A DNA stretch of 64,000 nt from Azolla caroliniana (Eukaryota > Plantae > Polypodiophyta): NCBI GenBank assembly GCA_043228905.1, contig JBHGNT010000138.1:4660-68659 (forward strand), given 5' to 3'. This document shows positions 11,915 to 23,400 of the stretch, in pieces. Both the position numbers and the translations under genes were made by a program. Position 1 is the stretch's first letter; each line of letters begins with the position of its first letter. The notes under the pieces were generated by a model, which saw only the letters and a list, made by a program, of their open reading frames with translations, was not told where the DNA came from and did no database searches.

Positions 11915-12512
11915 TGTCATGACGACATACATTTTGATTCGAGCTCAAGACGTCTTGGTCTATATGTTAGACCTTTAACCATTATACTAACATATATGAT
12001 GTATAGTTATAATAAATGTATTATTAGTTATTACAAGAACCCTAAACTAATAATACATTTATTATAACTATACATCATATATGTTAGTATAATGGTTAAA
12101 GGTCTAACATATAGACCAAGACGTCTTGAGCTCGAATAGTGTTTTTTCTCTCTCCCTCTACCTTCTACTGTCATCTTATTTTTCTCTCTCCTATTCTCAA
12201 GTCATGACAGTTTGAACCGAATGAGTTGTGATGAATGAAAAGACACCTATTTATAGGTCCTTATGGAGTATTCTAGAATGTTCTAGAATATTTATGATAT
12301 TTATGATATTTAATATAATCATGGAATATCCTAGAATGTTCTAGAATACTCTAGAATGTTCTAGAATACTCTAAATGTCTTGTAATAACTAATAATACAT
12401 TGATTATAACTATACATCATATATGCTAGTATAAGGGTTAAAGGTCTAACATATAGACCAAGACGTCTTGAGCTCGAATCCTTGTAAGGCCAAAATGTAT
12501 GTCGTCATGACA
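11915..12512. mobile_element. 598-bp insertion derived from a chromovirus-type LTR, with U3 sequence inverted at both ends (fold-back/TIR-like)
   Basis: Both ends read TGTCATGACGACATACATTTTG inward. Flanks ATGGC/ACAGC are consistent with a 5-bp TSD ACGGC decayed at its CpG on opposite strands. Internal LTR end + PBS-like TGACA|GTTTGAACCGAA at 12205-12221. Confidence 0.85.
11937..12137. repeat. Perfect 93-bp inverted repeat with 15-nt loop
   Basis: 11937-12029 is the exact reverse complement of 12045-12137. Confidence 0.95.
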
Positions 12513-13464
12513 ACAGCCACCAAGAAGAAGAGATGTTGCACTCGAACTAGTACACATGGATGTGTGTTATGTAGATGCTCTGTCGCATCAAGGTGGATAG
12601 TACTTTGTGACTTTCATCGACGACTATAGTCGGAAGTTGTGGGCTTTCATACTAAAGTCAAAAGATCAAGTATTGTCATTTTTCAAGGAGTTCCAGGCAA
12701 GAGCTGAACGAGAGTCGGGTCGGAAGTTGAAGGCTGACTAAACTGACAATGGTGGTGAATATAAAGGGCAGTTTGAGCAATACTTCAAAGCCCAAGGTAT
12801 TCGAATCAAATACACCGTACCAAAGACCCTTGAGTTGAATGGGCTTGCAGATAGGATGAATCGAACAATCATGGAGAGAGTACATAGCATGCTCTCTCAT
12901 GCTAAACTGCCGAAATCCATTGGGCTGAGGCGATGTATACAACTGTTTATCTGATCAACAGGTCTCTCTCAGTGCCATTTAAGGGTGATGTCCCACAGAG
13001 GGTGTGGACAGGAAAGGATGTCTCCTACCAACACTTGAGGGTGTTTGAATGTTTATCGTATATGCATGTGGCTAAGGATAAGAGGTCGAAGCTCGACAAC
13101 AAGTCAAAACCATGCATATTCATGGGATACTCGGAAGATGAGTTCGACTATAGGCTATGGGACCTAGTTCACAAGAAAGTAGTGAGAAGTCGGGATGTAA
13201 TCTTCTTGGAAGACAAGAAGATAGAGGATTGGAAGCAACAGAAGTCAGAATTGACTACCCAATCAACCCCTACTATTGTCGACTTGAGGCCAAGCGAATC
13301 GACACAGTCGGCTGTTTGGAGACAGCCAATCGGCACAACTGAATCCAAGCCGGTTGACTTGGAGAGACCGACCGACTATGAGTCTGAGTCGGCTGAGCTG
13401 TTAATGTCGATCGAGGAATACAAGTTGGAGTCGTCCAACCTTGAGACGCCGATCGACATATATG

Positions 13465-13935
13465 TGTGCGGAAAATAGCGCTCGACCACAATTGAGTCTT
13501 AAATAACAAATGGAAGAAAACAAACTAACAACTAGATGACACAAGATGTTTACGTGGAAACCCTAAATGGGAAAAACCATGGGAGCCCATGGACTCCAAC
13601 TATCACTATGAGGGGAGGAATACAATGTGAGACTCAGAGGCAACGACCTCAAGCTCTATGTCTTCGCCAACCGGCGGTTACAACAGAAAAGTCATTCTGT
13701 CTCTCTCTATCTCTCACTCTCTTTGTACACACTCTATAGCAACTCACATCACTTAAAGTGATTGCCCTAAGTCATATTTATACTTATATGACTTTAGGGC
13801 TATTTATATGACTCGATGGGCCCACTATGAAAAATATTTACACATATGTTCTTGGATACGGTTTGCACTAGATCCATCCGGATTCACTCGATCCGGTTTC
13901 CGGTTCCTTCATCCGGAGGGACCGAATTCCCAACA
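13465..13935 (-). mobile_element. Solo LTR (471 bp), Copia family related to LTR 60075-60622
   Basis: Minus strand TGTTGGGAATTCGGTCCC...CCGCACA; TSD ATATG at 13460-13464 and 13936-13940; shares GGTTTTTCCC..TTAGGGTTTCCACGT with the 60075 LTR. Confidence 0.88.
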
Positions 13936-14982
13936 ATATGAATGTGAACAAAGAGGAGAGTCGGGAGAGACACCCGAATGAGAGCCGACAATGAGTGGAA
14001 GGAGATACCCACTCAAAGAAAGGAGAGGACCGACAACATATGTTAGTCAATACATCCTCTTGATTGATGAGGGTGACCTAGAATGCTATGATGAAGCCAT
14101 TTCCGATTAACACAAAGAGAAATGGTTGAACACAATGCCAGATGAGATGGACTCCTTACACAAAACTACACCTACGACCTGGTAGAATTACCAAAAGGTA
14201 AGAGAGCACTCCGAAACAAATGGGTCTACAAGCAAGCCAGAGTGCCATACATCTAGCCAAGAATGCAACATACCACTCCCGGACCAAGGAGTGTCCTATC
14301 GAGCAAGTGTGGAACGCAAGTTCACATTCGCCGCGTGTACAAGTTGACCTTAGCCGTTGACGTGGCGTGTGAGGTATGGGTGTTTGCTTTCATCTATTTT
14401 TTCCGTTTGGGTGGTTTGCGGTCAGTATAGGCAAATTCTATACGTTGGAGGGACGTTGGTGCTCGTGTTTATGTTCATGTGGGTGTAATGCGCGATCGGG
14501 GAGACACACTTGTTCGTAAACACTTACGAGAAATTAGAGAGATACCACGAGAATAACTTGAACAAGGTTTATGTACTATTTAGAAGCGACGAATACAAGC
14601 ACGAGGGCGAAGATCGCACTGTTGGAGTAGGCGGGAGGCGGCGACGCCTAGAGCTCTTTCCTCGTCATCGGCCTTGAATTGGCGACGTTGTTGACGTTCG
14701 TCCTCTTGTCGTCGAGACATGCAGTGGCGGCGTTCGTCACCCTCTCGTCGCTCACGGCTGCTATCTCTCCCGCGCTCCTCGTCCTCTTCCTGCCACCTAC
14801 GGTGTTCCCTTGATTGTTGGCCATGGCGGCGGCCTTCATCATTGCTTCATTCCTCCACGTCAGCATACAAGGCATCACGTAGGCGATTGCATCGATCTTC
14901 GGCGGGGATTCGTTCGACGTTCCTGCAGCACCGTTCTGAGGGTCTTGAGTATCGAGTGTTTTCGATCCATGGGGAGCGACGT

Positions 14983-16663
14983 TATTAGAGATCTAAGTAC
15001 TAAAGTAAGCTTAAGATAAGGATAAACAAATGATAGATAGAAAGGAGAAAGAGAAAGAATGGTGCCGATCCACCCGACCACCCCCGAGCGAGGGGATCGA
15101 GACGGACTCGAGCCTCGATCGGCGTCCCATACCACCGCCGTGGCATCGAGTCGTACTTGGTGCTGGCGCGCTCGCTACAAGATTTGACCCACCACAAGAG
15201 CAGAGTCTCGATGTAGTCAAAAAGATTATCAAATGAGGGTAGCTAGGCCCACGTGGCCCATCAAATGGTCACGTCATTACGAATGCCTCTCGTAAGAACG
15301 AGCTCATGGTGGCATCGTATCCATGTAACGAGGGAGGGATGTTGGATACGTGTGTCATTGGAGCGACCTCACTTGAAGTGAGTCAAGCCCTACGTACTCA
15401 ACATCATTATGGTTATACGCGTTTCTTTGCGTAACGAAATCGAGGTCATTAACGGGGTTGTCAACAATAAAAAATTGTTGAAAAAGGGATGGTGACAACG
15501 CCATTCTCACAACAATGTGAGGACGGCAACCAACATCCTTTTCCCGACAAGGACAACTTTCGATATAATCACGTAATAACGAATATACACATATGTTTAC
15601 TTATCACATATATACGATCAAATACGTATATACGTGACCACATATGCCTATATTAACATATCGTTATATTAAATAGCCACAAATGATGTGATCGAGATAC
15701 GTAATCGAGGTATATACCTCTACGCACACGAAACATCCACAAATAAGAGATCATCGTAATACGCAATTGAGGTATTGACCTCTTACGCATACGAGACCAA
15801 CCGCATATCGTTTACAATAAATCAAGGTATTAAACTCATACGCAAACGTAACATATGTTCGTGAACGTAATACGTAATTGAGGTATTAACCTCGTACGCA
15901 TACGACACTCATCACATATTATTTATATGTCAAACAAGGTATTGACCTCGTGCACATATGTAAACGTTTTAGATAATCAATTAAAGACCACTACAACATC
16001 ATTGACTTAATGAAAAAAATTGAGATATAAACTAAACACATGATTAGATGGGAGAAGAGAGAATAGAAAGAAAAATTATGGAAAGAGTTACCGAAGTTCT
16101 TTGTTGATCGTTGTCTGGATCAAGGCCGACCGCACATCGATCGATCAGCATCAATCAAAAGACAAATGAAAAACAAAGAAACATTAGTACATAAATCTGA
16201 TACCAAATATTAGAGATCTAAGTACTAAATTAAGCTTAAGATAAGGATAAACAAATGATAGATAGAAAGGAGAAAGAGAAAGAAGGGTGCCGATCCACCT
16301 GACCACCCCCGAGCGAAGGGATCGAGACGGACTTGAGCCTCGATCGGCGTCCCATACCACCGCCCTGGCGTCGAGTCGTACCTAGTGCTGGCGCGCTCGC
16401 TCCAAGAGTTGAACCACCACAAGAGCAGAGTCTCGATGTAGTCAAAAAGATTATAAAATGAGGGTAGCTAGGCCTCTTATTTATAGCGATACCCAAGGCC
16501 CCCAGGCAAGTTCACACTTGACCTAATGGGTTGTCTCAATCCCGAGGATTAAAAGTAATCCTCCCCTTCTTTACACTCTCGTTTAACCCTCACACTTATC
16601 CACATGTATAGAATACTCTGGTAAATTCTCACCACGGGATATTAAATGGTCATGCCCGTAACA
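14983..16663 (-). mobile_element. Non-autonomous LTR element (TRIM/LARD-like, 1.68 kb) of a chromovirus LTR family
   Basis: TSD GACGT at 14978-14982 and 16664-16668; 5' LTR 16663-16208 (TGTTACGGGC...CTCTAATA); PBS TGGTATCAGA 16205-16196; partial 3' LTR 15249-14983; no recognisable coding sequence inside. Confidence 0.88.
15690..15965. repeat. Array of ~5 degenerate ~58-bp repeats, each with a GAGGTATTAACCTC-type palindrome
   Basis: gaggtatatacctc, gaggtattgacctc, aaggtattaaactc, gaggtattaacctc, aaggtattgacctc, each followed by tacgca.acg-like sequence. Confidence 0.75.
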
Positions 16664-17701
16664 GACGTCCTTGTTCACCTTCCTCTCTTTCTCAGCGCTC
16701 TTGTAGCTCTCGAATCTGCTTGTCGATGAAATCACCGCACTCTCGCCTCAGTTCCTCGTCACGTGGCTCATCGCGACCACGGCTACGACGTTCCCTCTCC
16801 TCTTCAGAGTCTCTCTTGTTGGCAACGTTGTTGACGTTCGTCCTCTTGTCGTCGAGACATGTGGTGGCGGCTATCGTCACCCTCTCGTCGCTCACGACTG
16901 CTATCTCTCTCGCACTCCTCGCCCTCTTCCTCCCACCTACGATGTTCCCTTGATTGCTGGCCATGGCGGCGGCCTTCATCATTGTGTTGTTCCTCCTCGT
17001 CAACATACAAGGCATCACGTAGGCGATTGCATCGATCTTCGGCGGGGATTCGTTCGACGTTCCGACAGCACCGTTCTGAGGGTCTTGAGTATCGAGTGTT
17101 TTCGATCCATGGGGAGTGACGTCCTTGTTCACCTTCCTCTCTTTCGGAGCGTTCTTGTAGCTCTCGGATCTGCTTGTCGGAGGGTTATTGACGTGAGATC
17201 ATTTCTCGAATATTGTTACCGAGCAAAGTTCAAACACTACCTTTTTTAGTTAGAATGATTGCTTAAGTTTTGCCAATTTATGTGTAAACACACTATAATG
17301 GCTCACATCAATGAATTGGTCATGAGATCCTCCTAATTAGAGATGACACATGCTAGCACCTCTATTGTTATTCCCGTGATGACATAATCATATATACTTA
17401 GCTATAAATATGTTTCATCTTGCTTGTGTTTGCTATATTTTAAACATCATATTGAAGTCTTTCGTTTCACTTCACTCGTTTGTTGATGGCATCCACATAA
17501 TACAAAGACTACATGGTGAACTATCCAATGCCTTGAAGCCTTATATGAGAAATAAGTAGGAAGAACCGAATAAGCTTTTAGCAGTTGGTTTTATTAGATG
17601 TGTGTCTCATTTCAAGCTCCATCCCAATTTCAATAGTTCCAAATTGCTTGTTTACTATATTGCATTCAAACTTAGACTATTATTGCCTTGTGCACAATAA
17701 G

Positions 17702-17805
17702 TGTTACGAGCATGAGCATAATTTATCCAGTGGTAACTTGTACCGTAGTATTCTACACACAAGGATAAAGTGTGAGGATTAATTTAGAGTGTAAAGAAGG
17801 GAGGA
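17702..17805 (+). repeat. 5' fragment of the TGTTAC-family LTR
   Basis: TGTTACGAGCATGA...GTAGTATTCTACAC...GTGTAAAGAAGGGAGGA matches the starts of LTRs at ~38965, 40644 and 16663 (minus). Confidence 0.75.
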
Positions 17806-18215
17806 TGTTGAGAATCAAACTTAACTTAGTCTAGTGTGTGAACACACCTTTTAGAATATGTAATGTGAACACACTCAAAGTTCATCACCACTCTGTAACA
17901 TAACGTTTACCGGCCGATTTCCGGTTTTAGGGAATTTGGCCACCATCATCCATCAAGACAAAGTGGCCAAAGTGCTCTTAGCACAAATGAAAAATGAGGG
18001 AGCTCAAGGTGCTTATATAGCCAGGGCCTTAACTTTCCTATCTATGTGGGATAGTTCTAATTTCCCTATCTTCTCAAACTTTATTTTCACATAACTTGAT
18101 ATGTATTTCTCCATTTTGTATATAGTAAAATACGTTTTGAAGCTCTTGAGTATATCCATCTTTCTATAGTAAGCTACTAATATAATCTATAATAATTATT
18201 TCATTATTTTTTACA
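17806..18215. repeat. Probable unrelated LTR remnant
   Basis: Starts TGTTGAGAATC exactly where the preceding LTR breaks off; contains cttatatag and atgtgggat motifs; candidate CA end at 18215; no TSD found. Confidence 0.4.
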
Positions 18216-18289
18216 TAGTGTGTGAAGATTCACACGACAACGTGTTTTTAGTATACAACCCCGATGAGCGTCAAGGCGAACCATTGTTT

Positions 18290-18707
18290 GTCATAAAGCC
18301 ATTTATGGGAGAAAAAAATGAAAGAATCAAACTTGAAGCAATCAACACGTGGTTGGGCCGATGGGAGTCTCATTTTGAGCTCTATCCCAAGCCAGATAGT
18401 ATGAAGATTGCATATGTTGGTTGAGAACTAGGGGGTAAGGTTGCAGCCCGGTCGCGTGGGCTCCACACTTTGGGGAAATTGCCAAATACCTAGACAAACG
18501 TTGTCAAGGTTTTCAAGGGACAATTTGGGGAAATCGGGTCTAGAAGGGGACAATTGGTTAATAACTTGTTTTATCAATGGCATCCCTAATTCAGACTATC
18601 ATTGGATAATGCACGATAAGAATCCCAAATCCTTCGAAGAGGCCGTTGAAATAGTCCTTTGCTATCAACGCACTTCGAAGAAGAACCATAACAAACCCAA
18701 CGAAGCA
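18290..18707 (+). pseudogene. Degenerate retrotransposon gag-like fragment
   Basis: INTWLGRWESHFELYP..MKIAYVG and FINGIP..IMHDKNPKSFEEAVEI resemble Gypsy gag helices; interrupted by a stop. Confidence 0.45.
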
Positions 18708-19253
18708 CCTATATTAAATGTACTTAGGAGTGGAGAATCTAGAATATCCCACCTAAGTACAAGGTCCTGTCATGATATGGCAAGACTCGAATCCATGACT
18801 TTATGCTACATGGGTCGAGCTCTTACCATTAGACTATGAATTGTAATTTGTAGGATATTATTTTCATTTATGCTTTATCATAGAAAATTGATGTATATTC
18901 CAGATCTCTCTGGAACATTCTAGAAGCTTCAGGATTATTCCTAAAAACACTATAAAAGGAGGCACAAGGCATTGTTTTGAACCAAATTGGTTCAACGCCA
19001 ATCTTAAGCCTCGTAGCCGATTTGTACTTATCTTTTCATATAATATAAGAGCTGCTGTCATCATCCTTCTCTCTCTCTCTTTCTCGCTATCTCTCTCTCT
19101 CTTCTCTTCTCACTTCCTCTCTCGGGAATCTTACGCAATCCCATCCTCTTAGTACTAATAGTACTGCTCTTCTTTAGTACTAATTCCATCTCTGCTTTAG
19201 TACTACTCCTGACAGTTTGAACCAATTTTTCCTTCTACCCTTTTCCCTATACT

Positions 19254-20410
19254 ATGGCTACTGTTAGCGCCCAAGAATATCAATCCGTTTTCTCCGAGCT
19301 ACAGTGCTTAAAAGAAAAATTTGTTGCCTTGGAACAAGAAAACCAACGGTTGATAGGGGATCTGCAACAAATCGCTCTAGAAAAGCAACAAACGCAACAA
19401 CAACATGGGGAGTTAGCGTTACAGGTGCAACAACTCGAAGCGGCATTGCAACAACAAGGATCAAGTCCCCAAGGATTTCATAAAGAGCCGAAGATTGGAC
19501 TTCCTGTGAAATTTGATGGAACGCGATCGCAATTCAAGGGATTCCTTAATCAGGTACAATTAGTCCTCCAAATGCATCCTTCCCGATACCCCACTGATGC
19601 ATCCCGAGTCGGCTTAATAGGCACATTGCTTAGCGGATCAGCCTTAGCATGGTTCGCTCCGCTCCTAGAAAAACAATCGCCCTTGCTTAATAACTTTGAA
19701 GATTTTATTAGTGAGTTCAAAGCCTGCTTTGGAGACATCGACAACTTCAGGACGACGATCAACAAGATCCGGCGATTGTGTCAAGGCGATCGTCCAGCCT
19801 CTACCTACGTGGCGGATTTCCGCCTACTCGCTTCAGACATACCCTGGGATGATCAAGCACTAATGGAGCAGTTTCGCTATGGCCTACGAAACGATGTCAA
19901 AGATCTACTTCTAACTTTTCCCGAAGAACCAAAGTCTCTTACGGAGGCAATCAGTCGAGCGGTCCGATGTGACAACCGCCTTTCCGAACGGCGTTCAGAA
20001 CGTCAATTACAGATACCACGCGCTAGGCCGGAGACCACTTACGCCGCAGTCACAGCTAAACCGTTTGCACGAGACATACCTCAAGCAAATACTTCAACAC
20101 CGATGGAGATCGATACCATCGTCGACGCGGCCCGTTATCGGAAGAAGAAAAGCAATGACGACGTGCAAATCGGTTATGTCTTTATTGCGGTGGACCAGGG
20201 CATATCACAATCAATTGTCCCCATAGGCCAAGAAGACAGGTAAATCAAATTGTAGCCTGTACTAAACCCGAGTCAATTCTTCCCTTAGGAGTGTCTGATA
20301 GTATTAATAGTACTAATAGAGTGTTTGATAGTATTCATAGTACTAATAGCCCAAGTATCTCAAATAAATTTGAAATCCTTAGTCAATTAGATGAAGAGTT
20401 AAACGATTGA
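19254..20410 (+). pseudogene. gag: Chromovirus gag (PEG10/sushi-like capsid + CCHC zinc knuckle)
   Basis: KEPKIGLPVKFDGTRSQFKGFL, GTLLSGSALAWF, PMEID. A 1-nt frameshift near 20119 and a TGA at ~20156 precede LCLYCGGPGHITINC; the restored frame ends ...LDEELND* at 20408-20410. Confidence 0.88.
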
Positions 20411-20442
20411 GTCCAGCCAAAATAGGAGCCATTTGGTTGGAC
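20398..20442 (+). promoter_or_regulatory. Putative -1 programmed ribosomal frameshift signal
   Basis: Slippery G TTA AAC (20398-20404), 6-nt spacer, 11-bp stem GTCCAGCCAAA/TTTGGTTGGAC (20411-20421/20432-20442); pol is in the -1 frame relative to gag at this point. Confidence 0.8.
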
Positions 20443-23400
20443 AACAACCCTAGATCTGTACAGCCCATTAGTGGTTCCATTCCTTCCAAGCAAGTTAACA
20501 ATGTGTTCCTAGCCCAAGTCATTGTTAGTACTAAAAGTACTCCCCCAGTACCCGTCCTAGCACTTTTAGATTCCAGAGCTAATTCTTGTTTCATGGATCG
20601 AAATTTTGCCCAAGCTTCTCAGACATCCTTAAGAAAACTTCCTTGTCCCGCAGCTGTAGTAGTCATTGATGGTCGTCCCATTGCTTCCGGGAATATTGTA
20701 GAAGAATCAGAACCCATTCAAGTTGTCCTAGGTAGTTTTGTGTGTGCAATATCATTTAATATAATTAGTAGTCCAGAGCATCCCATTGTCCTAGGATTAC
20801 CTTGGTTTGAATTACATAATCCAGCCATAGATTGGAGAACAAGAGAAGTTCGATATCGACCACCCCAAGAATCAACTCATCGAGTTTCGACCATTTCACT
20901 CCATCAACTACGGGAAGAAGGACCCAAGGAGGCAATGTTCCTATTTGCAATATCAGTACATCCTTCCAGCACTATTAAGAAGGACTCCTCAGTACAACTT
21001 CCAGCAAAATATCATCCTTATGCCGATGTATTTGACAAGGTAAAAGCCGGTACCCTTCCTCATCACCGTCCTTATGACTGTCCCATCGATTTACAACTAG
21101 GAACCGAGCCACCACGGGGACCAATTTACAACTTGTCACCCACCGAGTTAGAAGTCCTTCAAGCCTACATAGAGGAGAACTTGGCAAGCGGGTTCATCCG
21201 TCATTCGAAATCTCCGGCTGGTGCACCCATCTTCTTTGTCAAGAAGAAAGATGGCTCACTTCGTCTTGTCGTTGATTACCGCGGATTGAATAAAGTCACT
21301 ATCCGGAATAGGTATGCACTTCCTCTTATATCAAGTCTTTTAGAGCGAGTTAATGGTGCCAAGTTTTTTACTAAAATCGACCTACGAGGAGCGTATAACC
21401 TCGTGCGGATCCGACCGGGAGATGAATGGAAGACTGCCTTCCGCACGCGGTATGGGCATTTCGAGTATACTGTTATGCCGTTCGGCCTAACCAATGCACC
21501 CGCAGTCTTCCAACACATGGCAAATGATATATTCAGAGACCTCTTGGATATCTGTTTGATCATTTATCTGGATGATCTATTGATTTATTCGAAGACCCAG
21601 GAAGAGCACGATTCTCATGTACTATTAGTACTAAAGCGACTCCGCGAGAATGGTCTTTATGCCAAGCTAGAAAAATGTAGCTTTGACTGCAAGCAAGTGG
21701 AATTTCTAGGCTACGTCATCTCCTCAAAGGGCATCGCCATGGATCCAGCTAAAATCCAAACTGTACTAGAGTGGCAAATTCCACGGTCGGTACGAGATGT
21801 ACAATGTTTTCTAGGTTTTGCTAACTTCTACCGTAAGTTTATACAGGATTACTCGAAGATTATTTTACCTCTCACACAACTTACAAAGAAGGGCCAAGCA
21901 TTTCTTTGGTCCATAGAAGCAGATATGGCTTTTCGGCATCTTAAGAAAGCCTTTACATCAACACCGATTCTAGCTCATGTGGATACAAGAAAACCATTCA
22001 TCATGGAGGCCGATGCATCAGATTTCGCCCTCGGTAGCATCCTTTCTCAACCAGGAGATAAAGAAGAGTTGCATCCGGTGGCTTTCCATTCGCGCAAATT
22101 CGATGTCGAAGAAATCAACTACGAAATACATGACAAGGAGTTATTAGCCATCGTGGATTCATTTGTACAATGGCGGCATTTTTTAGAGGGCTCTCCACAT
22201 CAGGTCATTGTCTTTAGCGATCATAAAAATCTTGCTTATTTTCAGAACGCTCGCGTACTAAATCGACGGCAAGCTCGGTGGGCGCAATTCCTCACGCGTT
22301 TCGACTTCAAAATCACATATCGACTGGGGAAGCAGCAAGGAAAAGCAGATGCACTATCACGACGTTCATATCTTACACCTCGTCCTGGTGATGCAACATT
22401 TGATAATCAAAAGCAAGTAATCTTGGGACCAACACGATTGCACACGACGCGGATTTTTCACACCCCAATGGATTCACGGATTACCGATGACATACGTGCA
22501 ACCTTGAAGACAGATAGTTTTGCTCAAGACATCCTGGCGCACATTGATACTTCTCGGGCATCATGTTCTCGGTCTCAACAACCAGGTATTGACTACCGAC
22601 AATTCAAATATCATGATGGTTTGTTATTCTTTAAAAAGCGCGTATATGTCCCCGATTGCTCTTGTCGCCTTCAAATTGTCCAGCATTGTCACGACACCCA
22701 TACGGCGGGACATTTCGGTAGTACTAAGACGTTGGAGCTAGTGCAACGATCTTTTTGGTGGCCCCACATGCGCCGTTTTGTCGACGACTACGTTCGGACC
22801 TGTGATGCTTGCTGCCGCGCAAAGATGCCACGACACCATCCATATGGCTTGTTGGAACCCTTACCGATTCCAAGTAAGCCGTGGTAGTCTATTTGTCTTG
22901 ATTTTATCATAGATCTGCCGGTCTCGAAGGGGTTCGATGCTATCCTAACCGTCGTCGATCGATATACGAAGATGGCACATTTTTTGCCGTGTACTAAAGC
23001 CATCACTAGCGAGGAAACTGCCGCCCTTGTTATGCGAGAGGTATTTCGGCATCATGGCCTCCCAGACAGTATCATCAGTGACCGAGGACCGCAATTTGTC
23101 TCCAATTTTTGGTAGCATCTCTTCAAGATGCTCAAGGTCTCCTGCAATCTCTCCTCCGGCTACCATCCTCAGACCAACGGGCAGGCGGAACGAACAAACC
23201 AAACGCTAGAGCAATATCTCCGGTGTTTCCTGAGTTATCAACAGGACGATTGGGCCGAGATTCTCCACTTTGCGGAGTTTGCGTATAATAATGCTATTCA
23301 CTCCTCGACTCGGGTCTCCCCATTTTTCGCTTATACCGGTTTCCATCCTCGTTGGTCGGTGATCGACACCCCGGAGCTACCTACCAACCCTTGTGCCGAG

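Larger units (their letters stand above)
9892..14285 (+). mobile_element. Truncated Ty1/Copia (Tork/Tnt1-like) element: 5' LTR, PBS, gag-pol remnants; RT largely deleted, 3' LTR absent
   Basis: LTR TGTTAGG...TCAACA 9892-10454; PBS TGGTATCAGAGC 10458-10469 (tRNA-iMet); gag from ATG 10483; zinc knuckle CFYCGKPGHFQRDC; protease WVIDSSASFH; integrase; RT start (NKWVYK) joined directly to RNase H (QSAIHLAKNATYHSRTK) at ~14233. Contains insertions at 11915-12512 and 13465-13935. Confidence 0.9.
14679..17178. repeat. GC-rich ~454-bp tandem duplication (about 1.8 copies), first copy interrupted by the element at 14983-16663
   Basis: 14679-14982 + 16669-16818 forms unit 1; 16819-17178 is unit 2, with near-identical text (ttggc.acgttgttgacgttcgtcctc...ccatggggag.gacgtccttgttcacc). 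Confidence 0.85.

Noticed and set aside
15690-15965. CRISPR-like appearance (palindromic repeats with spacers)
   Set aside because: Repeats are degenerate, spacers are mutually related, there are no cas genes, and the array lies inside a eukaryotic LTR element.
19254-20243. Domesticated PEG10/RTL-like host gene
   Set aside because: The similarity reflects shared sushi/Tf1-group ancestry; the ORF sits between two LTRs with a TSD and has a frameshift and stop.
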